Source: an uncultured bacterium | GTDB lineage: Bacteria; Patescibacteriota; Minisyncoccia; Phycocordibacterales; UBA2100 | Direction of reading: 5' to 3' | Length of the DNA stretch: 64,000 nucleotides | NCBI GenBank assembly: GCA_903858755.1 | Contig: CAIOKC010000027.1 | Location: forward strand, 2,192 to 66,191 | Shown here: piece by piece, positions 57,227 to 64,000 of the stretch | Layout: every line of letters begins with the position of its first letter | Numbering within the stretch: position 1 is the first letter of the stretch | Notes under the pieces: model-generated | The model's database searches: none | What the model saw: only the letters and a program-made list of their open reading frames with translations | What the model was told of the DNA's origin: nothing | Program-made: the position numbers and the translations under genes

Positions 57227-58306
57227 CTATATTTTCCGATATCGTGTTGCCCGACCAAGTCCGATTCGCTTGATCAAGCCTCGCTTCAGCAGCGTTTCGA
57301 GCGCTTTCCCGACGGTGGGGAGAAGCAGCCCTGTCGCGGCGGCTATCTCAGCCCTGCTTCCTTCGTTTGCTTTTGCGAGGTATTCGAATACCGCCTTTTG
57401 CTTCGGAGAGAGCGCATCTTCTTGTGCCTCTTTGTCGACAAACGCGAGCGCTTTCTCGGCCTGTTCTTTGACGACCGACAAAAAGAAATTGAGCCACGGG
57501 GCTATCGACTCTCCCTCGCCGACTGGATTCTTTTGCGATCGGAATGTTTCTTGCGAGGCGCGCAGAGCGAAATAGTACTCCTCCTTTCGCGACTCAACGA
57601 TTTGTTCGTGAGAGACGTACTCGATAAACAAGTACCCAGATCGCAACAAGAGCAGGTTTGTGAGTACGCGGGAAAGGCGTCCGTTGCCGTCCTCAAACGG
57701 GTGTATTTTTAGAAACTCAATGATAAAGTTTGCGATGATGAGGAGCGGATGGAAACGTTCTTTCTCCAAGGCCTCGTGCGCCCACTCGATAAGCTCAGTC
57801 ATTTCTTTGCTGGTAAGATACGCGGGCGTCGTCTCAAACATGATGTGCGCCACTTTTCCGTCCTCTCTCAGCACACCGACGATATTCTCCTTTCGTTTCC
57901 AGTCGCCGCGATGCAGGTCATCTTTCGTGGAGTACTTGAGAAGTTCCTTGTGCAATGATTTTATCAGCCCTTCTCGAAGCGGCATGGTTTTGTAATTTTC
58001 GAAGACGTGTTGAAGCGTTTCGAGGTATCCCTGCACCTCTTGCGAATCGCGGTCGGCAAACCGTTGTATTTTCATTCCTTGCATGATCTTTTTGACCTCC
58101 TCGTCGGAAAGTCTTGACCCCTCGATACGGGTGGAGGCGCCTGCCGATGTTATGAGTACTGATTTTCGGAGCGTCGTTATGGCTTCAGGTGTCATGCGCA
58201 GTCCCGCTCGAAAAACTCCGCGCATTTCATCGATTGCCGCAAGGAGTGCGACAATGCGAGGGCTTGGGTGTTCGATCCTGTGGTCAAATGTACCGTGAGC
58301 GGGCAT
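57227..58306 (-). CDS. Fic-family protein (AMPylase-type, class II with N-terminal inhibitory SxxxEG helix, C-terminal wHTH)
   Basis: HPFEDGNGRLSR Fic motif; STRIEGS inhibitory motif; C-terminal winged helix. Confidence 0.85.
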   Translation of the reverse strand: MPAHGTFDHRIEHPSPRIVALLAAIDEMRGVFRAGLRMTPEAITTLRKSVLITSAGASTRIEGSRLSDEEVKKIMQGMKIQRFADRDSQEVQGYLETLQHVFENYKTMPLREGLIKSLHKELLKYSTKDDLHRGDWKRKENIVGVLREDGKVAHIMFETTPAYLTSKEMTELIEWAHEALEKERFHPLLIIANFIIEFLKIHPFEDGNGRLSRVLTNLLLLRSGYLFIEYVSHEQIVESRKEEYYFALRASQETFRSQKNPVGEGESIAPWLNFFLSVVKEQAEKALAFVDKEAQEDALSPKQKAVFEYLAKANEGSRAEIAAATGLLLPTVGKALETLLKRGLIKRIGLGRATRYRKI

Positions 58307-58403
58307 AATTTCCTGCTACTTTATGTGTATTAGATATTATTAGATCTTATGAGAAAGGTCAAGTGGCTCTATTTCAGGCCATTTACGGGGCACAAGACTT
58401 GCA

Positions 58404-58547
58404 CCAGCGTAATGCGCGCCCCCCGCAACAGCATTGTGACGCTCGGAACTCGTTCCGTCAGGCATTAAAGGGTGTCGAGAAGCCGGTACGGTATCGACTG
58501 GCATCAGGCCGCCTAGAAACACCAAAGCCGCGACTTGGGACTCACCC
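58404..58547 (+). repeat. About 125-bp direct repeat, copy B
   Basis: GCGCCCCCCGCAACAgcATTGTGAcgctCGGAAC...GGTACGGTATCGACtGGC...GAAACAcCAAAGCCGCGACTT. Confidence 0.6.
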
Positions 58548-58665
58548 TCGCCGGTGGGTTTCCCGTTTATCATCTTCGAGTAAGTGGACTAACTCCGTCC
58601 TTCCTTCGTACTTCACCTTTGTGCTGGGGTTAGTTATAGTAGCAACAGAAAAACCTCAGGAGAAG

Positions 58666-59016
58666 ATGCCGATGAGTCCTTTTGAAGAGCTCTCGAACGA
58701 AATCGACCAAATCTCCAAGCTGCACTCAAAAAGCAGGCTCGTCAGAGTCTTGCGCCGCATCGAATATTGGAGGCGTCGGTACTGGACCAACGAAACGATC
58801 CCCTTCGAGTGGGTTGGCGAGGGTGGTGCGCCCGTTGGAGAACCCATCGAGGTCGTTCACATGACACTCTACGACATGATGGAACACCAAGTCGGGGGGA
58901 TACTTACACGCAAGATTTTGCTCGAAGGGTTGCGCGTCAATGCGGTGCAGAAGCTTGGTTTCGAGCGTCTGGACCAGTGGCATGGTAAGACTACTGTCCA
59001 GCCTCGCTGGGTCTAG
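58666..59016 (+). CDS. Hypothetical protein
   Basis: AGGAG RBS 5 nt upstream of ATG 58666; 116 aa. Confidence 0.4.
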   Translation: MPMSPFEELSNEIDQISKLHSKSRLVRVLRRIEYWRRRYWTNETIPFEWVGEGGAPVGEPIEVVHMTLYDMMEHQVGGILTRKILLEGLRVNAVQKLGFERLDQWHGKTTVQPRWV

Positions 59017-59116
59017 CACACATTTCCCCTCTTTCGATTTCAGCCGCATGGTTCGCCCAGCGGCTTTTTCGCTTGAAACAATGATGGTATCTTCAACGCG
59101 GACAATCGAGGATACA

Positions 59117-59707
59117 ATGGGACACATGTACGACTACCACGCAGTTCTCGGCGCCGTCGCGCTCGCTGTCGGCGTAGCAGGATACATTCCTTACATCTCC
59201 AATACGCTGAAAGGGACTACAAAACCGCACCCGTTCACGTACCTTATCTGGGCACTGATCGGCGCGATCTCGTTTGCAGCCCAGCTTGCGGAAAACGGTG
59301 GTCCGGGCGCATGGGCGATGGGAATTCCCGTCCTATTCGGCATCGTGATCGCAGCGCTCTCGCTCACAAAAGGCGAGAAATCTATCACAAAAAGCGATTG
59401 GCTCTGCCTGATCACGGCGCTTGGAGCAATAGCGATCTGGCAGCTCACCGACGACGCGCTCTACGCAGTCATCATCGTGATCGGGATCAACACCCTCGCA
59501 TTCGTTCCGACATTCCGGAAAGCGTACTCCAAACCCGACGAGGAAACCGCTCTATCATACGCGCTTGGCGTATTGAGAAGCGTCATCTCGATTCCGGCAC
59601 TCCTTTCGTTCAATGTGGTGACCGTCTTACCTCTCGCATACCACATCCTTTCGAACCTGGCGCTTGTGGTGATGCTCATTGTACGAAGAAAAAACCTCGG
59701 AAGATGA
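59117..59707 (+). CDS. Polytopic membrane protein
   Basis: Five or six hydrophobic helices; GAGGA RBS upstream of ATG 59117. Confidence 0.45.
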   Translation: MGHMYDYHAVLGAVALAVGVAGYIPYISNTLKGTTKPHPFTYLIWALIGAISFAAQLAENGGPGAWAMGIPVLFGIVIAALSLTKGEKSITKSDWLCLITALGAIAIWQLTDDALYAVIIVIGINTLAFVPTFRKAYSKPDEETALSYALGVLRSVISIPALLSFNVVTVLPLAYHILSNLALVVMLIVRRKNLGR

Positions 59708-59757
59708 TATTCCTCCTCACGCGAATAATCCCGCTCTCTGCGGGATTATTTCTTGTA

Positions 59758-60468
59758 TCACTCGATGAAGCGAAATTCACGGAATACCTTTTCGTAGAGC
59801 GACATGATGCGGCGGACTTCGCGTGAATTCAATTCGTGCGCGGTCCCCGAATGTGCGATTTTATTGCGGATCTTGTGCGCCTCCCATGCAAGATCAATGG
59901 TGTTGAATGTCGCGCGGTCGACCGATTTCATTTTGTCTGCCATGGTCTCGCCTCTGTAGCCAAGCGTGTCGAGCAATTCGTTGAGCATGATATCCGCTTC
60001 GAGAATCGCGAGGCGCCAGCTTTGATCGTTCTCGGAATGGGCTTGATCCAGGACGCGATGCCATCGCAGGTGCGTCTTCGGGACATCGTGCGAAGCGACG
60101 GTGCGCTGCATCGCCGCGAATCGTTTGCGCTCCATCTGGCGCACTTGGAAAATACGGATCGAGCAGTAGATGATGAGCGCCGCCAGCAGTAGCGAGATGA
60201 AGAGCGAGAAAGCGACAAAAACGCTCCAGCGATGGAACAGCGCATCGTACACACCCGGGCTCGAAGCGTACTGAAGGTACTCGACGACCTGAGGGGCGGT
60301 CACCGGCTCCGTGATAGGGCGCAGTAGCACCGACGACTGCGTAGAGTCGCCCGGCACGCCTGTCTGAACGAACGTGACGACGGTACCAGGCACCCACTTG
60401 AAAGCGAGCTCGCCCAAGAACCAAAATACCCACGCAAAGGCGCTGCCGAGACCGGGTTCGGGAGTCAT
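59758..60468 (-). CDS. Membrane protein with C-terminal HEPN-like (Rx4H; DUF4145/Abi-like) domain
   Basis: TM helices followed by LAWEAHKIRNKIAHSG (R-x4-H). Confidence 0.4.
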   Translation of the reverse strand: MTPEPGLGSAFAWVFWFLGELAFKWVPGTVVTFVQTGVPGDSTQSSVLLRPITEPVTAPQVVEYLQYASSPGVYDALFHRWSVFVAFSLFISLLLAALIIYCSIRIFQVRQMERKRFAAMQRTVASHDVPKTHLRWHRVLDQAHSENDQSWRLAILEADIMLNELLDTLGYRGETMADKMKSVDRATFNTIDLAWEAHKIRNKIAHSGTAHELNSREVRRIMSLYEKVFREFRFIE

Positions 60469-60481
60469 GCAGAAAAGTATA

Positions 60482-61891
60482 CTACGCCTTCTCTACCTGC
60501 TCGCCGATTTTAAACAATGTCTCTTCGCTTCCGTGCGCGCCGATGAGCTGGAAACCTACCGGAAGCTTCTTCCCCTCCCTCTCTACGGTGCCGCTCGGTA
60601 CCGAAATAGCGGGCACTCCCGCAAGATTCGCCGGGACAGAGAAGATATCCTCGGCATACATGGCGAGAGGATCCGATTTCTCGCCGAATTTGAATGCGGG
60701 AGAGGCGGTCGTGGGAAGCGCGATCGCATCGACCGATTCAAAAGCGCGCGCGAAATCATTTCGTATGACATCACGCACGGCGCGCGCTTTTCGATAGTAT
60801 GCATCGGCGTAGCCAGATGAAAGCACGAAGGTGCCGAGCAAGATTCTGCGCCGCACCTCCGGTCCGAATCCCGCACCGCGCGTCTTTGTATACACTTCTC
60901 CGATCGAGTCCGCCGGTACGGAGAGACCGTAGCGGATGCCGTCGTACCGCGCAAGATTCGTCGATACCTCAGCCGGGCAGACGATGTAGTACACCGCGAG
61001 CGAATGCGGAAGGTGCGGCATGCTGATGTCGCGCACCGCATATCCCGCCGCACGGAGCGTATCGAGAGCGGCTTCGAACATCTGGAGCACATCCGCATCT
61101 ACTCCTTCCGCAAGGAAATCTCGCGGCACGCCGACGGTCTTCGGAGTGGGACTTTGGGCTTCCGTGTCCGGCAGTGAAGTGCTGTCTTTCGGGTCGTTGC
61201 CCTTCAGTACGTCGAAGAGGATCCTCGCATCTCCGACCGTGCGCGCGAGAGGGCCTATCTGATCGAGCGACGAACCCATCGGCATAAGTCCGAAACGCGA
61301 TACGGCGCCATAGGTAGGCTTGAGCCCCACGAGCCCCGTATGCGCTGCGGGCTGCCGTATTGAGCCGCCCGTGTCAGACCCGAGCGCGGCGAGCGCCATG
61401 CATGCGGCGACAGCCGCGGCAGAGCCGCCCGAAGATCCTCCCGGGATGCGCGCAGTGTCGTGGGGATTTTTCGTCGGACCAAACGCGGAATTCTCCGTGG
61501 AACTTCCCATCGCGAATTCATCCATATTGGTGCGACCGAGGAATACAGCGCCTTGTGCCTTCAGCTTCGCGATAGCGGTCGCATCGTAGGAAGCGGTGTA
61601 GTGCTCAAGTATGTGCGAGGCGGAGCTCGCGACGCGCCCTTCGATAAGGATGTTGTCCTTGATCGCAATCGGTATGCCTGTCAGCGGCTGCGATGTCCCC
61701 GCCGCGATCATTGCGTCTGCTGCGCGCGCCTCTGCGCGCGCAGCATCTGCCCACACCTCCAGATAGGCGTGAATGTCGATATCTTTTTCCGCGATACTCT
61801 CCAGATACGCGTTCGTGAGATCGAGTGCCGAGTACTCTCTCGCATCGAGCGCGCGGCGTGCTTCCGCAATCGTAAGATTGGAGAGATCCAT
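60482..61891 (-). CDS. gatA: Glutamyl/aspartyl-tRNA amidotransferase subunit A
   Basis: Amidase signature GGSSGGSAAAVAA. Confidence 0.9.
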   Translation of the reverse strand: MDLSNLTIAEARRALDAREYSALDLTNAYLESIAEKDIDIHAYLEVWADAARAEARAADAMIAAGTSQPLTGIPIAIKDNILIEGRVASSASHILEHYTASYDATAIAKLKAQGAVFLGRTNMDEFAMGSSTENSAFGPTKNPHDTARIPGGSSGGSAAAVAACMALAALGSDTGGSIRQPAAHTGLVGLKPTYGAVSRFGLMPMGSSLDQIGPLARTVGDARILFDVLKGNDPKDSTSLPDTEAQSPTPKTVGVPRDFLAEGVDADVLQMFEAALDTLRAAGYAVRDISMPHLPHSLAVYYIVCPAEVSTNLARYDGIRYGLSVPADSIGEVYTKTRGAGFGPEVRRRILLGTFVLSSGYADAYYRKARAVRDVIRNDFARAFESVDAIALPTTASPAFKFGEKSDPLAMYAEDIFSVPANLAGVPAISVPSGTVEREGKKLPVGFQLIGAHGSEETLFKIGEQVEKA

Positions 61892-61892
61892 A

Positions 61893-62189
61893 CTACTTCT
61901 TTTTTCGAGAGATGACCTGCTTCACCGCAATGCGGTCGCCCTCGCGCATCGGCGCGGCACTCAAGAGCTTCTCTGTGTGTGCGCCGCTTTCATGCGGCGC
62001 CTCATCTGCACGCATCACATTGCGCAGCCCCTTCGGCATAGAGGTCGACGACGTATCGACGCTCTGGATCGTCTCTATAAAACGAAGAATGCCGGGTATC
62101 TCCTTTTCGAGCCGCGCAAGCTCCTCGGGCGCAACCTCGATGCGCGCCAGTCTCGCAAGTGCCCCGATATCGACTTTTCCATCGCTCAT
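61893..62189 (-). CDS. gatC: Glu/Asp-tRNA amidotransferase subunit C
   Basis: Small GatC-like protein immediately upstream of gatA; start trimmed to MSDGKVDIGALARLARIEV. Confidence 0.75.
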   Translation of the reverse strand: MSDGKVDIGALARLARIEVAPEELARLEKEIPGILRFIETIQSVDTSSTSMPKGLRNVMRADEAPHESGAHTEKLLSAAPMREGDRIAVKQVISRKKK

Positions 62190-62245
62190 CCAGACACTAT
62201 ACCCCAAAGTCGGATTGCATTCGACGAGAAACGCGAGAACACGCC

Positions 62246-64000
<1,755 letters not shown>

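Overview
This is a high-GC (about 60% by eye) bacterial chromosomal segment. Genes are densely packed on both strands, with many 4-bp start/stop overlaps. Housekeeping genes present include rnj, ddl, nth, metK, glmS, typA, pyrG, ftsEX, prfB, tgt, gatCA and the start of ligA. Six tRNA genes are present. Several accessory regions interrupt the core.

1. **DGR-diversified AAA+/vWA operon (about 21.4-26.8 kb).** A diversity-generating retroelement is present with a 115-nt TR/VR pair showing adenine-specific mutagenesis. Its reverse transcriptase is 5'-truncated. The VR diversifies the C-terminal FGE/C-type-lectin-like domain of a MoxR-like AAA+ ATPase. This ATPase is co-operonic with a vWA-domain protein that also carries a HEGGH zincin-like motif. 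This is the most unusual system in the window.
2. **Type II restriction-modification pair (28.3-30.1 kb).** A cytosine-5 DNA methyltransferase and a putative restriction endonuclease overlap by ATGA.
3. **Low-GC island (about 46.0-53.6 kb).** A roughly 7.5-kb AT-rich segment next to tRNA-Thr encodes a 1101-aa PLD-nuclease/SNF2-helicase fusion and a 1137-aa NPPY N6-adenine methyltransferase. Both strong hairpins and a GIY-YIG-like ORF lie 3' of it, between the helicase and tRNA-Thr.
4. **tRNA hotspot (55.9-58.6 kb).** A cluster of tRNA-Asp, tRNA-Met and tRNA-fMet carries 19-bp direct repeats of tRNA 3' ends. A Fic (AMPylase) gene here is bracketed by roughly 130-bp direct repeats.

Candidate cis-regulatory RNAs are a SAM-I-like riboswitch with terminator upstream of metK and a possible glmS-ribozyme-like leader upstream of glmS. 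The many small secreted/membrane proteins, the Gmad2-like, PG-binding and DGR content, and the small gene sizes are compatible with a reduced-genome lineage, possibly CPR/Patescibacteria; that is an inference, not demonstrated. Many long ORFs in the six-frame track are GC-driven antisense artefacts and were not called.
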